Shown: positions 29,356-40,045 of the stretch, one piece after another
Numbering within the stretch: the first letter of the stretch is position 1
Layout: the number at the start of each line of letters is the position of its first letter
NCBI GenBank assembly: GCA_004292515.1
Contig: RDXB01000039.1
Coordinates: forward strand, 1,778 to 65,777
DNA: 64,000 nucleotides
From: Oscillatoriales cyanobacterium
Lineage (GTDB): Bacteria > Cyanobacteriota > Cyanobacteriia > CACIAM-69d
Direction of reading: 5' to 3'
Program-made: the position numbers and the translations under genes
Notes under the pieces: generated by a model
What the model saw: only the letters and a program-made list of their open reading frames with translations
The model's database searches: none
What the model was told of the DNA's origin: nothing

Positions 29356-29859
29356 ATGTTCAATCCGGCGTTGCAGTACCCCATCTTCGGCCCCGAGATT
29401 TTTTGCCCCCATTGTCGGCAGCCAATCCCGGCCTTGACCCTGACGGACACCTATCTTTGTCCTCGGCATGGCGCGTTTGAAGCCGATCCCAACACCCAAG
29501 AGTTGGTTCATCTCCAATCCGGTCGTCATTGGCGGCAGTGGGAGGGCGAGTGGTATCGCCAACATACCCACCCGGACGGGATTCGATTTGAAATTCATGA
29601 GGCGCTCGATCGCCTCTACACCCAAGGGTTTCGGGCCACGAAGGTGACGATCGCCCACCGTTACCAATCCCTGATTGCGTCCTATCTCGATCGGGCTAAT
29701 CCCCGCGCCCCCAACGCCGACGGCAACCCTCGGCTCTATGGGCTGCCGGTGGAATTTAGTCCCCTTGATGAGGACGATCGCTGGAGTGTGATTAATTTTT
29801 TGCTCGACCAAGAACCCGGAGTACCCGTGCGCTATCCCTATTTCCGGTTGTTTGAGTAG
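29356..29859 (+). CDS. Conserved cyanobacterial TIGR02652 family protein
   Basis: LQYPIFGPEIFCPHCRQ, YRQHTHPDGIRFEIHEALDRL, YPYFRLFE. Confidence 0.85.
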   Translation: MFNPALQYPIFGPEIFCPHCRQPIPALTLTDTYLCPRHGAFEADPNTQELVHLQSGRHWRQWEGEWYRQHTHPDGIRFEIHEALDRLYTQGFRATKVTIAHRYQSLIASYLDRANPRAPNADGNPRLYGLPVEFSPLDEDDRWSVINFLLDQEPGVPVRYPYFRLFE

Positions 29860-29888
29860 CCGATCGCCTAGGGTGATTCAAGCGAGCT

Positions 29889-30353
29889 ATGCACCATGTT
29901 TCCCTGCGAACGGCGGATATTCACCGGGCGATCGCCTTCTATGAAGCTTTGGGGTTTGCCATCACGGAGCGGTTTACGGCGGGCATAACCCTGGCTTGCT
30001 GGCTGGAAGGTTGGCAAGGGCGCATCGAACTGCTGCAAGTGCCGGAACCGAAGCCTGCTCCCGATCCCTTTGGCGACGAGCATTATGTGGGCTACTACCA
30101 CCTGTCGCTGGATTTGGCGCGATCGCCCGACCAACCAACCGAAGCGACTGAGCCGCGCTTAACAATACCGACTTGGTTGAGCTTGCTGGGCGATCGGCTG
30201 GCTCCCCAACCGCTGAAGGTGTTGCTGAGGCCCCAACAGCAAATGATCGGGCGCGGGATCTACGAGGTAGTGTTCATCGCCGACCCAGACGGAATGCCGA
30301 TCGAAATTCTGCAATGGCAAACCAACCTCCCGATCAATCTGCCATCTGCGTAA
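29889..30353 (+). CDS. VOC/glyoxalase family protein
   Basis: MHHVSLRTADI..AIAFYE, GYYHLSLDL, FIADPDGMPIE. Confidence 0.85.
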   Translation: MHHVSLRTADIHRAIAFYEALGFAITERFTAGITLACWLEGWQGRIELLQVPEPKPAPDPFGDEHYVGYYHLSLDLARSPDQPTEATEPRLTIPTWLSLLGDRLAPQPLKVLLRPQQQMIGRGIYEVVFIADPDGMPIEILQWQTNLPINLPSA

Positions 30354-30390
30354 AATCCAAATAAAATCCAAGACCACCCCCAAAACTCGG

Positions 30391-30420
30391 ATAGGGTCAG
30401 GTTTTGAAACCTGCCCCTAC
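30391..30420. repeat. REP-like hairpin
   Basis: ATAGGGTCAGGTTTTGAAACCTGCCCCTAC. Confidence 0.6.
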
Positions 30421-30496
30421 TAGCGAAGCAAGTTGATTCTGATAGGCCACCTTAAAGGCTGTTAGCGTTACCCAATCATTAGATGATAAGGGGCTT

Positions 30497-30640
30497 AGGG
30501 GGTGTCATCATTTTCCATAACTGAGTCTGAAATCGTCGATTTCCCGCGCCTCAATGGTCGTAACAAGGGGCTTAAGCCCCTTGCCCCCACGATCCGCTAA
30601 CGGTGGAGTCAGGGTTTCAGGGTAATTGATGACAGGCCCT
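30497..30640 (-). mobile_element. 144-bp MITE-like element sitting in the centre of a split palindrome
   Basis: TIRs AGGGGGTGTCATCA / TGATGACAGGCCCT; flanks AAGGGGCTTA and TAGGCCCCTTG. Confidence 0.8.
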
Positions 30641-30750
30641 AGGCCCCTTGTTCCGACGACCGACTGACAACTCTGACCCAATGAATTAAGGCAGCCACGC
30701 TACTACGACGGACTCGGAGATCAACCAGCAATTGACTGACGGCAATTGGC

Positions 30751-31944
30751 TTAACGGGAAGCGCGCACCAACAGCGTTGCCCCCAAGCCACAGACCAACA
30801 GCAGCGGTGTCCAAGTGGCGACGATCGGGGACAGAATCTCTTTCAGCCCCAAGGCATCCATCACGAAGGCCAAGAGATAGTAGGCAAAAATCACCACGAC
30901 GCTGATGCCAAAGCTGGTGGCCCGGCCCAGGCGCTGGTGGCGACGGTTGGCCAAGGCGGAACCCACTAGGCCAAAGGCCAAACAAATGAAGGGGAAAGCG
31001 TATTTTTGTTGAATCCGCAGTTCCAGCTTGTTGATTTCGGCCCGTTCACCCGTTTGCCGCAGCAGTTCGAGGCGCTTTTGGGCTTCGATGATGTTTAGCT
31101 CATTGGAGAAGCGATCGCGCACGGCCAAGTCCAGGGGCGTACGGGGCAGTTGCAGCCGCTGTTGCTCAAAACGCAGGATGTCGCGGTAGGAACCATCGGG
31201 AGCTACTAAATAGATCGTGCCATTTTTGAAATCCCAGGCCCGTTCGGTGGGGTTCCAGGCGGCGGTTTTGGCGGTGACGATTTGGCTGATGCCGGCTTGG
31301 GAGCGATCGATCACCGTCAGATCAAGCATCTGTTTGCCGTCATAGCGCTCGGCGTAGAACACGCGGGTCAGGATATTTTTCTTCTCCCCATTACCTTGCT
31401 CAACCTCACCAAATTCCCGATAAAAGATATTCTCTTCGCGGAATGAGGGCTGCTCATCATCGGTGCCCAGGGCCCGTTCCATGATGATGGTGGCTTGGTA
31501 GTTGGCGGCCGGGACGATCGCCTCGTTAAACACAAAGGTCATGCCCGTGACAAACAGACTCAGCACAACGGCCGGAGCGACCAACCGATAGACGCTCACG
31601 CCGCAACTCCGCAGGGCCACTAGCTCGCTGTCGTTGGAGAGCCGCCCAAAGGCCATCATCGAGGCCAGCAGGGTGGACATGGGGAATGACAGCACAATGA
31701 AATACGGCATCCGCAACAGCAAAATTTGCAGGGCCAAATGGAAGGGCAGCCCTTCTTCAACGACTTTGCGAACCAGCTCAAAGACTGCGCCCACGGACAC
31801 GCCGATCGAGGAGAAGGCCCCCACCCCAAACAAAAAGGGCATGGCCAGCTCTTTGGCCAGGTAGAGATCCATCACGCTGATTTGCGGCAGCCAATGGGGC
31901 CAGGCGGAGAGGGGCGATCGTTGCGGCAGGGTATTGGGAGTCAT
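30751..31944 (-). CDS. LptF/LptG family LPS export permease
   Basis: MDLYLAKELAMPFLFGVGAF, GRLSNDSELVALRSCGVS, QQKYAFPFICLAFGLVG. Confidence 0.88.
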   Translation of the reverse strand: MTPNTLPQRSPLSAWPHWLPQISVMDLYLAKELAMPFLFGVGAFSSIGVSVGAVFELVRKVVEEGLPFHLALQILLLRMPYFIVLSFPMSTLLASMMAFGRLSNDSELVALRSCGVSVYRLVAPAVVLSLFVTGMTFVFNEAIVPAANYQATIIMERALGTDDEQPSFREENIFYREFGEVEQGNGEKKNILTRVFYAERYDGKQMLDLTVIDRSQAGISQIVTAKTAAWNPTERAWDFKNGTIYLVAPDGSYRDILRFEQQRLQLPRTPLDLAVRDRFSNELNIIEAQKRLELLRQTGERAEINKLELRIQQKYAFPFICLAFGLVGSALANRRHQRLGRATSFGISVVVIFAYYLLAFVMDALGLKEILSPIVATWTPLLLVCGLGATLLVRASR

Positions 31945-32030
31945 AGGCGAGCCATTGCGGGCAGACGGCGGGCGATCGAGCAAAAGTCAGTCAGGCAACC
32001 AGGCGGAGCTTGTTCGGTGGGTTGGGGACT

Positions 32031-32759
32031 TTAGGGCTGGAACTTTTCGCCCAAGTAATATTGCCGCACCAGGGGGTTGGCGTAGAGTTCCGCTGCATTG
32101 CCGGAAGCCAGGATTTGGCCTTCCCGCAAGATGTAGGCGCGATCGACAATTTCGAGGGTTTCGCGCACGTTGTGATCCGTAATCAAAATCCCCATCCCCT
32201 GTTCCCGCAGGCCGGCCACGATCCGTTGGATTTCGGCCACGGCGATCGGATCAATGCCCGCAAAGGGTTCGTCCAACAGTAGAAATTGTGGCCCATCGAG
32301 ACCCACTGCCAAGGCCCGGGCAATTTCGGTGCGTCGCCGCTCACCACCCGAGACTTGGATGCCCTGGGTGTTGGCAACTTTTTCCAGACCGAATTCTCGG
32401 ATCAGTTCCTCTAGGCGATCGTCCTGCTCTGATCGGGTCAGTTGGCTCTGTTGCAACACCAATCGCAGGTTATCGGCCACGCTCAGATGCCGAAAAATGC
32501 TCGGCTCCTGGGCCAGGTAGCCAATGCCGAGGCGCGCCCGTTGATGGATTGGCTGCTCCGTGATGTCGTGGTTGTCGAGCCAGATGCGCCCGCTGTCGGG
32601 TCGTTCTAGGCCGGTGGCCATGTAGAACACCGTGGTTTTGCCTGCGCCGTTGGGGCCGAGCAGACCGACCACTTCGCCGCGCTCAACGGTGAGGCTGACG
32701 CGGTTGACAATCAGGCGCTCGCTATAGGCCTTCTGGACGTTTTCGAGGACGATCTTCAA
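32031..32759 (-). CDS. lptB: LPS export ABC transporter ATP-binding protein
   Basis: GPNGAGKTT, VSGGERRRTEIARAL, LLDEPFAGIDP, ILITDHNVRETL. Confidence 0.93.
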   Translation of the reverse strand: MKIVLENVQKAYSERLIVNRVSLTVERGEVVGLLGPNGAGKTTVFYMATGLERPDSGRIWLDNHDITEQPIHQRARLGIGYLAQEPSIFRHLSVADNLRLVLQQSQLTRSEQDDRLEELIREFGLEKVANTQGIQVSGGERRRTEIARALAVGLDGPQFLLLDEPFAGIDPIAVAEIQRIVAGLREQGMGILITDHNVRETLEIVDRAYILREGQILASGNAAELYANPLVRQYYLGEKFQP

Positions 32760-32825
32760 CGGGATTACCCCCACACAACAAGATGCAAGCAAGAGGCCAG
32801 TGAGGCGCGATCGAGCCGAGAGCGG

Positions 32826-33365
32826 CTAGGGGGTGGCGGGCGCAAACAGGGACGGGGGATTGGGGTCGGCCGGCAGACCACCAGCCGGGCCCGTGGAAGA
32901 GGGCAAGACCGTGGGGCTGGTGGTGTCGAGGACGAGGTAGATCGATTCCACTTGGCGGTTGGGGGCGGGCAGGGCGATCGAGCGGCCCTCGTCCACATAG
33001 TAGGTGACGGTTTCGGCCCGGAGGCTGTTGCCATCTTGCAAGACGAACACATCGCCGGACATCACCAAGCGCCGTTCGTTGCTGAAATATTGGGCCTGGG
33101 CGGCGGTGGCCTTCAGCATCCGCGCGGGATAGTCAACCTGCACATTGCCGCGAGCCGTGACAATCCCGGCGATCGAATTGGCTTCTTGCACGTCGGAAAT
33201 GACGGTCATCGGCTGCCGCACGGGGGTGGGAGCTGCTGGCTGGGCGGTGGCGGGCATGGCTGCACCCAAGCTGCTTGCGATCGCGGCGATCGCTCCGATT
33301 TGAAGGCGCTGATGAGCGGTTTCCCGGCGGTGCGATCGGGTTGTGCCCAAATTGTGACCGACCAT
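32826..33365 (-). CDS. lptA: LptA/OstA family protein
   Basis: Signal peptide, then SDVQEANS..GIVTARGNVQVDYP, LSGDV/MSGDVFVLQDGNSLRAE; directly upstream of lptB. Confidence 0.8.
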   Translation of the reverse strand: MVGHNLGTTRSHRRETAHQRLQIGAIAAIASSLGAAMPATAQPAAPTPVRQPMTVISDVQEANSIAGIVTARGNVQVDYPARMLKATAAQAQYFSNERRLVMSGDVFVLQDGNSLRAETVTYYVDEGRSIALPAPNRQVESIYLVLDTTSPTVLPSSTGPAGGLPADPNPPSLFAPATP

Positions 33366-33670
33366 AATGCTTGACGACTCAACCGAGTTTGGACAAGAAA
33401 CTTAGACCAGAAGCTTGGACTAGAAACACAGGGTGCGGGACTGGTGGAATTGAGTCCCCGTTGGATGCCCCTAGACGAGACTTAGATGAGACCAATGGCT
33501 CGGCGGCCACTCCCGCTCAGGGGCGATCGCTGGCTGAGGGCGCGCGCATCGCTGGTGGTTAGCCGACCCAAACTCTCGATAGTGTAGCCTACCGCACGCG
33601 GGCCCTTGGCTGGGGCCCAGGGGACTGGGCGATCCGGTGCGATCCGGTGCGATCTGGCTCAATCTGGTTC

Positions 33671-33734
33671 GATCGCCCCAGCTTGATCGCCCCAGTCCGA
33701 TCGCCCCAGTCCGATCGCCCCAGTCCGATCGCCC
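33671..33734. repeat. 14-bp tandem repeat GATCGCCCCAGTCC, about 4.5 copies (HIP1-core containing)
   Basis: Read directly from the sequence. Confidence 0.85.
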
Positions 33735-33741
33735 TCCCTCG

Positions 33742-36700
33742 TCAGCGCGTGAGTTGTTGGCGACAAGCCCGACTCAGCCCCAAAAGCGCTTGGTCATCCC
33801 GGCTGCGCGTCAAATAGTCTTGCAACCAACGACAACTGCGATCGAGCAATTCCCGAGCATCCAGACTGCGCCAAATTAACTGCTGGTCATAACCTCCAGA
33901 CACCAGCAACTGGCCATCCGGGCTAAACCGCACCGCGCCTACCCCGGCTTTGTGTTCTTTGAAGGTTTTGAGCCGCTCCCCTTCCCGACTCCACAGGGTG
34001 ACCGATCCATCCCAACTAGCGGCGGCCAAGAATAGACCATCGGGACTAAACCTCACACTGTTCACGGCATCCCCATGGCCCAGCACCCGGATCAGGTTGC
34101 CATTGGCTGTCCAAATTCGTACGGTGCTGTCATCGCCGGCCGAGGCCAGGAATCGACCATCGGGGCTGAAGGTGACATCGGTGACAGCGCTGCTATGGCC
34201 GGCGAGGGTGCGAACTTGTTGACCTTGCAGGTTCCAAATCCGAATCAGGTTGTCATGGCCGCCCGTGGCCAGCCATTTGCTGTCGGGGCTGAAGGTGATG
34301 CTGTTGAGGCGTTTGGCCCGATCGTCACTGGAGGCCAGCTCGAATTGAGTGACGGTTTGCCCATTGCGCCGCCACACATAGCCACGTCCGTTGCGATAGG
34401 TGGCGGCAATCAGCTCGCCATTGGGACTGAAGGCCACGCTGGAAACGGTTTGGTCATTGGGGTTGTTGGGGTTTTGGGAACTAGCAACGGATTTGGTGTC
34501 GGTCAGAATCCGTTGGAGTCGCCCCGATCGCGACCACAGGCGCACATGGCCATCGTTGTTACCCACCAAGATGGTTTGACCATCGGGGCTAATGGCCGCA
34601 GAGCCAATCCCACCGCCCGGATCGGTGAAGTAGGTGGGTTGGCGGGTTTTGCGATCCCAGAGCTTGACCTGCCGATCGCTGCCCGCCGACAGAATGGTGG
34701 AGCCATCTTGGCTGATGTCGAGACCATAGATGCGATCGGTATGGGCCGTGATTTGGACGATCGACTCGGGTTGTAACCGCCACAGCCGCACCGTGCGATC
34801 GTAGCTGGCCGAAATCAGCGATCGCCCATCGGGACTAAAGGCCACACTCGTGACCCGATCGGTGTGACCCACAAAGGTTTGCTGCAACGCCCCTTCAAAA
34901 GTCCAATACTTAACGAGTTTGTCTTTGCCTGCGGAGGCGATCGAGCGGCCATCGGCACTAAACGCCACGCTCAACACCCCATCCTGGTGGGCCGCAATCA
35001 TCCGCACCGGTTTTCCCCCACTAGTCCAAACCCGAATGGTCTTATCGAGGCTGCCGGAAGCCAAATAGCGCCCATCGGCACTAAAGACCACACTCATCAC
35101 AATGTCGCTATGGCCGCGCAGGGTAGCTAGTTCTTGGCCCTGAACCGTCCAGAGCCGCACGGTGCGATCGTCGCTGGCCGTAACCAAGCGCTGGCCATCG
35201 GGACTAAACGCCACCCAATCCACCGGGCCTTGATGGCCCGCCAACGTGGCCACAAGCTGTCCCTGCAAATTCCAAATCTTGGCCGTGCCATCGTTGCTGG
35301 CAGTGGCCACCAACTGCCCATTGGGACTAAAGGCAATGCAATAGATCGAATCAGGATGGCGACCAAGCTCGCGCACAAACTGCCCCGCGCTCGTCCACAA
35401 CTGCAATTGGCCAATCCCTTTGCCTGTGCTGGTAGCCAGCCAGCGACCATCGGGGCTAAACACCGCATTGGTGGCGCTGGAGTTGTGGCGCAGCACGATC
35501 GGCCGATCTTGGGCATTCTGCATAGGCAAGCCATTGGATAGCCACAACCGTACGGTGCGATCGGCGCTAGCCGTCGCCAACGTGCCTTGGGGGCCCACAC
35601 TCACATCCCAAACAATATCGCTATGGGCGCTGGGCCCTTCGAGCCGGTTATATTCCCGAATCCGGGCCAAGGCTTGCTGCAAGGTGGCGGCCACCTTCAG
35701 TTCGGTGGCCCGGCGCGTGCTGGGCTTGGCCCACACCACCCAGAGGCGTTGCTGGCGTTGCTGCCAGGCTTGCAATCCCGCAATCAACGATTCAAAGGAT
35801 TGGTTCGACCCCAGCAGGGCCTCGGAGGCGGTGGCCGTTGCACTAATTTGGGCGCTGGCCTCATCGGCAGCCAGCCGCGCTGCAAACCCCAGGGACGACA
35901 GGAACAAAATCCCCAACACAGCCCCGGCGGCGTAGAGTTCGCGCACCCGTTTGTTGAGGATGGTGTTGAGTTGGGATTGGGTGAGCCGGAAGCGGGCCCG
36001 CTCGTCGGCCTGGCGTTGCTGGCGAATGAAGGTGACGAGGTAATCGTGCACCAGTTGATAAAAATCGGCGGTGGATTCGCGGAACATCACCACTAGCCCA
36101 GCACCAGAGAGAATTCTGAGCACCAGTTCCAGTTGGCTGTGGCTGGCTCCCAGTTCAGCGGCCAGTTCAGTGCGGGTTTTCAGGGGGCGAGTGCCGTTTT
36201 CGGCCGTGAGCAAAAACAGCACTTGGCGGGCAATGTTTTCGCTCTCGGGGCCGCAGTCGCGGATTGTGTTTTCGAGGTAGCGTTCCACCAGCACTTCTTT
36301 GGAGCCGTATTCTCGCTGGTAGTCCGTGAGGGTGGCGATCCGATCGGCTTGGAGCTGGGCACCCACCACTTGCAGTTCGATCGGGTTGACTTCACCGGTT
36401 TCGCGGGCCAACTCGCCTACCAGGGCATCGATCAAGTCGGGTTCGAGGCCCAGGCGCGATTGCTCGGTCAGGCTTTGGATTGTGGCGCGGGCATCGGTGG
36501 GCGAAAAGTCCCCAATGTAGTAGCGCACTTGGCGGGCCAGGATGTTGTCGTCAATGATCGACAGGTCAGTGGCGCGCTCCCACTCCAAGAGGAAGTGCAG
36601 GTAATCTTCGCGCATGGAGATGATCAGCTTGACGTAGGGCACGTTCAAGCAATCGCGCAGGAATTCAAAAAATTGCTGTCGTTCGCTGACGGTGGGCCAG

Positions 36701-38760
36701 TGGAAGAAGAGTTCTTCAAACTGGTCGAAGATGAAAACGATCGTGAAGTTTTGTTGGCTAAATTGTTGGAGCCGATCGAGCAGCAACCGAAGGCGCGGCC
36801 CATAGCCGGGAACCGATCGCTCCAGGTTGAGCAGCGGGCGATGGGGTTCGATCGCCAGGTCATCCCAGGTTTGCAGGGCCCGATCGCTGTCAAGCCCCTT
36901 GAGATTGGCGGCGCGATCGAGGGCGTTTTCGGCCGCCCCCACCCAATCGGTGTAGACCTCCACAATCACCGGCAGCACATCGCGATCGCCCAGGGCCCGC
37001 CGGTAAAGCTCCGGCACTAACCCCGCCTTCAGCAGGGAGCTTTTGCCCGCGCCGGAATGGCCATGGACGATCGTCAGCTTCAGGTCAGCCCGGGCCAGCC
37101 GCGCGATCAGTTGTTCCACATCTTTTTGACGACCGGAGGCCGCAATTTCCGGGGCGGCGGCGGGCAAGGTGAGGTTGTCCTCCAGTTGGGCCACCAGTTG
37201 GGGCTGCAACTGCCCTGCGCCAATGAAGGCTAGCCAACTGCATTGGTGCTCGACCCGTCGTAGATCTTGCTTGGTTTGGAAGGCTTCTAGGTAACGCCCC
37301 TGCTGGAAATAGACTTCCCGCAACCGCGACAGCAAGCGCACGGTCAACTGCGGCTGCTCAAAGTTCCAAACCGTGGCGCGGGCCCGCTCTAAGTTGCCGA
37401 TCGCCAGGCCCGATCGCCCCAGATGCCAATGGGCCTCGCCCAACAAAAACCAAGCCTGGCCCTGACGTAACCGCACCGCCCGCAACAGTTCAGTACCCAA
37501 CACCGTTGGATCGTTCTGGCCGGCTTGGACTAGGTGGTTGAGAGCCTGTTCTGCCCACTGACAAGCCGCGGCCCATTGCACCCGCACCAGGGCCACTTCC
37601 GCCAAAAAACAACAATCGCGGGCCAACTCTGCCCGGTTGCTGGGCTTGTCGATCGCACCGTGCAAGGTCAGGGCCACCCGCGCGAGTTGCTCCAGCCCCA
37701 GCCAGTCTTGGAGTTCGTAGAGCACTTCGCCCAAGGGGCCAATGAACTTGGCCGTCAGATCAGGGCGATCGAGTGCCGCAAAACAATCGGCACAAGCCTG
37801 GAGCGATTCGCGAGCCAAGCGCCACCGCTGACCGCGATCGCGCCGGGTTTCCGCTGAATCCGCCGGGCGATCGTTACCCGCCGCCAACCGCGCGTGGCAA
37901 ATACCCACATAAAACCGCAGCAGGCCCGATCGTAACCAAGCCTGCTGCCGATCGGGGCTAACCGAGCTGGGTTGGGCCGCTTCGGAATTGGAGACGGCCG
38001 TTGCCTCAGCGAGGGCCTTCCAGCCTTCTAAAGCCCGGCGAAACACCGCCAGGGCCCCAGACACATCACCCCGCCCCAAGGCCGCCCAGCCCTCCAAAAA
38101 ATCCACACTCACGGCCAATTCTGGATCTAGCGTGGCGTGGCGCTGGGCCAAATCGGCTCGGGCCGCGGCCAGCTCTTGGCGGTGGCGCAGTTCAGCCAGA
38201 GCGGGCAAAGGTTGATAGATCGAATAGCCCGCCGGTGCATTAAAAGACCGATCGAACGCCAAATTAGCGCGATCGCGCAGAAACTCCAGCACCCCCGCCG
38301 TATCTAGCTCAAACCGCACCGGCGCTGCGGCCCAGCTTTTGAGGTCGGGAGCCACTCGTTTCAACTTTTCGAGGGTCTCATCGGTCAGCCACAGCACAAT
38401 CGGGAAGGGTAGTTGCTTGAACCGATCGCGCATCTGATTCGCGAGGGCAAACACCGTCTCCACCGATTCGGCTTCCTCCAGCCCCAGCACCATCACCGCC
38501 CTTGGGGGGCGATCGCCAGCACTCGCCGCCGCCACCAAGGGATACAGCGTTTTCAGATTCGCTGGCACCATCAAGCGGTTGACCTGTGCAAACGACTCAC
38601 CGGGATTCGATCGCGCGGCAATCTGCGCCAACAGCTCCCGGCGCAGTTGGCCATAGCTACAGCGCACCAAAACCAACGAAAATTGCCCTTCAGACAGCAC
38701 AATCGCTCGTTCTAGGGTCTGTAACGCTCGTTGGTTAGCGCGAACGGTCGCCTCGTCCAT
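33742..38760 (-). CDS. Large STAND protein: inactive P-loop-like N-domain, TPR-like helices, nSTAND1-type ATPase, TM helix, about 14 WD40 repeats
   Basis: Walker A GHSGAGKSS, Walker B FIFDQFEE, repeated GH...VAFSPDG..LASAS.D.TVRLW. Start uncertain (ORF open to 38958). Confidence 0.85.
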   Translation of the reverse strand: MDEATVRANQRALQTLERAIVLSEGQFSLVLVRCSYGQLRRELLAQIAARSNPGESFAQVNRLMVPANLKTLYPLVAAASAGDRPPRAVMVLGLEEAESVETVFALANQMRDRFKQLPFPIVLWLTDETLEKLKRVAPDLKSWAAAPVRFELDTAGVLEFLRDRANLAFDRSFNAPAGYSIYQPLPALAELRHRQELAAARADLAQRHATLDPELAVSVDFLEGWAALGRGDVSGALAVFRRALEGWKALAEATAVSNSEAAQPSSVSPDRQQAWLRSGLLRFYVGICHARLAAGNDRPADSAETRRDRGQRWRLARESLQACADCFAALDRPDLTAKFIGPLGEVLYELQDWLGLEQLARVALTLHGAIDKPSNRAELARDCCFLAEVALVRVQWAAACQWAEQALNHLVQAGQNDPTVLGTELLRAVRLRQGQAWFLLGEAHWHLGRSGLAIGNLERARATVWNFEQPQLTVRLLSRLREVYFQQGRYLEAFQTKQDLRRVEHQCSWLAFIGAGQLQPQLVAQLEDNLTLPAAAPEIAASGRQKDVEQLIARLARADLKLTIVHGHSGAGKSSLLKAGLVPELYRRALGDRDVLPVIVEVYTDWVGAAENALDRAANLKGLDSDRALQTWDDLAIEPHRPLLNLERSVPGYGPRLRLLLDRLQQFSQQNFTIVFIFDQFEELFFHWPTVSERQQFFEFLRDCLNVPYVKLIISMREDYLHFLLEWERATDLSIIDDNILARQVRYYIGDFSPTDARATIQSLTEQSRLGLEPDLIDALVGELARETGEVNPIELQVVGAQLQADRIATLTDYQREYGSKEVLVERYLENTIRDCGPESENIARQVLFLLTAENGTRPLKTRTELAAELGASHSQLELVLRILSGAGLVVMFRESTADFYQLVHDYLVTFIRQQRQADERARFRLTQSQLNTILNKRVRELYAAGAVLGILFLSSLGFAARLAADEASAQISATATASEALLGSNQSFESLIAGLQAWQQRQQRLWVVWAKPSTRRATELKVAATLQQALARIREYNRLEGPSAHSDIVWDVSVGPQGTLATASADRTVRLWLSNGLPMQNAQDRPIVLRHNSSATNAVFSPDGRWLATSTGKGIGQLQLWTSAGQFVRELGRHPDSIYCIAFSPNGQLVATASNDGTAKIWNLQGQLVATLAGHQGPVDWVAFSPDGQRLVTASDDRTVRLWTVQGQELATLRGHSDIVMSVVFSADGRYLASGSLDKTIRVWTSGGKPVRMIAAHQDGVLSVAFSADGRSIASAGKDKLVKYWTFEGALQQTFVGHTDRVTSVAFSPDGRSLISASYDRTVRLWRLQPESIVQITAHTDRIYGLDISQDGSTILSAGSDRQVKLWDRKTRQPTYFTDPGGGIGSAAISPDGQTILVGNNDGHVRLWSRSGRLQRILTDTKSVASSQNPNNPNDQTVSSVAFSPNGELIAATYRNGRGYVWRRNGQTVTQFELASSDDRAKRLNSITFSPDSKWLATGGHDNLIRIWNLQGQQVRTLAGHSSAVTDVTFSPDGRFLASAGDDSTVRIWTANGNLIRVLGHGDAVNSVRFSPDGLFLAAASWDGSVTLWSREGERLKTFKEHKAGVGAVRFSPDGQLLVSGGYDQQLIWRSLDARELLDRSCRWLQDYLTRSRDDQALLGLSRACRQQLTR

Positions 38761-39117
38761 CACGCCTTGTTCTCCAGGCTGTTTCCAGCCGTTTTCTGTT
38801 ACGCCCGTTACGCCCGTTACGGTCGTGCTGTCCTCGCGCGACATTTCCATAGCACCCTTCCATCTCTCTCTGGCTGGCAATGTTCGCTTGGCCGTGACCT
38901 GGATAGCCCTTGCCAGACGAACAAGTTTGAGACCGGGCAATCTCTGAATCGAGATCACCGAGCCATGACCGACATCCTGTGGGGATATTGCTGGTCGCGA
39001 TCCGTTGATTAACCCTCAGTCACCGCTACGGCAGGGAGCGGAGTCACACCGAATCTCTGTTTTGGGTTGAGTTTTGAGGATTTGCAATGCTGGCTTCACT
39101 GCCAATTGTTCCTGTCC

Positions 39118-39172
39118 GTTGCGTTTCGGTTGCGTTTCGGTTGCGTTTCGGTTGCGTTTTGATTGCATTTTG
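39118..39172. repeat. 11-bp tandem repeat GTTGCGTTTCG x5
   Basis: Read directly from the sequence. Confidence 0.85.
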
Positions 39173-40045
39173 GTTGTGCTGTGTCCGTCGTAACAAACCG
39201 TTGATCGTGCCGGCCGCTGATTGTGCTCAGTTTTTGAGGTGGCTCCAAAACCGTGGGAGCAAGACAGTCACTGGTTTTTGGGGTTCCCCCTCCGCGATCG
39301 CCGTTGCTGAAGCTTAAGCAAACGAGGCGATCGCCCCAAAAATCAGTCAAATCAGTCAACAAAGCCAGCAAAGCCAGTCTTGACCGGAAAAGCCTGACCC
39401 AAAATGAATGCTAATTGTCCCCTTCCAATTAATGTGGCGCGATTGTGGTGAATCGGGTGATTAAACCGACTCATAAAGCTGCGATCGCACCGTCAATTTA
39501 GGTCAATTTAAGTCAACCAATTTGGGTCAGTAAAACCGATCAAATCAAGTCAACTCACCGAGTGAATGCTCAGGTGATGAATTGATCCGAAACAGCCCAC
39601 CAATTGCTAAGGGGTCTGATCCCTAATTAGTCCCAACATAGTACATCTCTCATGGCGCGTCTTAAAGTGAATGGCTAGTGACGTAGACGAACGATCGAGA
39701 GTAGCAATAAGATGAAGACTCTGGCCAGTGCTCCGTGTTTACACGCAGAAATCGACAGGATTCATGGTTGATTCCTATTGAGAAAGGACGAAAAACAGAA
39801 ACTTTATCAAATCTTTAAAATAGTCAAATGACAGCGATCGCCATCACAAGGATGGGAGGAATTCATCAACCACTCAGGACTGACGCAGGGTTGGCTCAGA
39901 CCCTCATCCCCAGCCCCGCTCCCAATGGGGTTGGGGGAAACCCGCAAGATGGTGATTTCCCGGCTCCCAGAATAGGAGCAAGGGTTGGCGAATGGGGACA
40001 GTTGAGACGTTGCGTGAGGCCGACCCCTGAAGCGATCGCCCCTAA

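Noticed and set aside
39096-39371. 91-aa ORF upstream of the WD40 gene as a partner gene
   Set aside because: Its translation is driven by the 11-bp tandem repeat and shows no recognisable domain.
39376-40045. Riboswitch or housekeeping RNA (glnA, c-di-GMP, cobalamin, SRP, 6S) in the long intergenic region
   Set aside because: I could not match any consensus core by eye; an Infernal scan would be needed.
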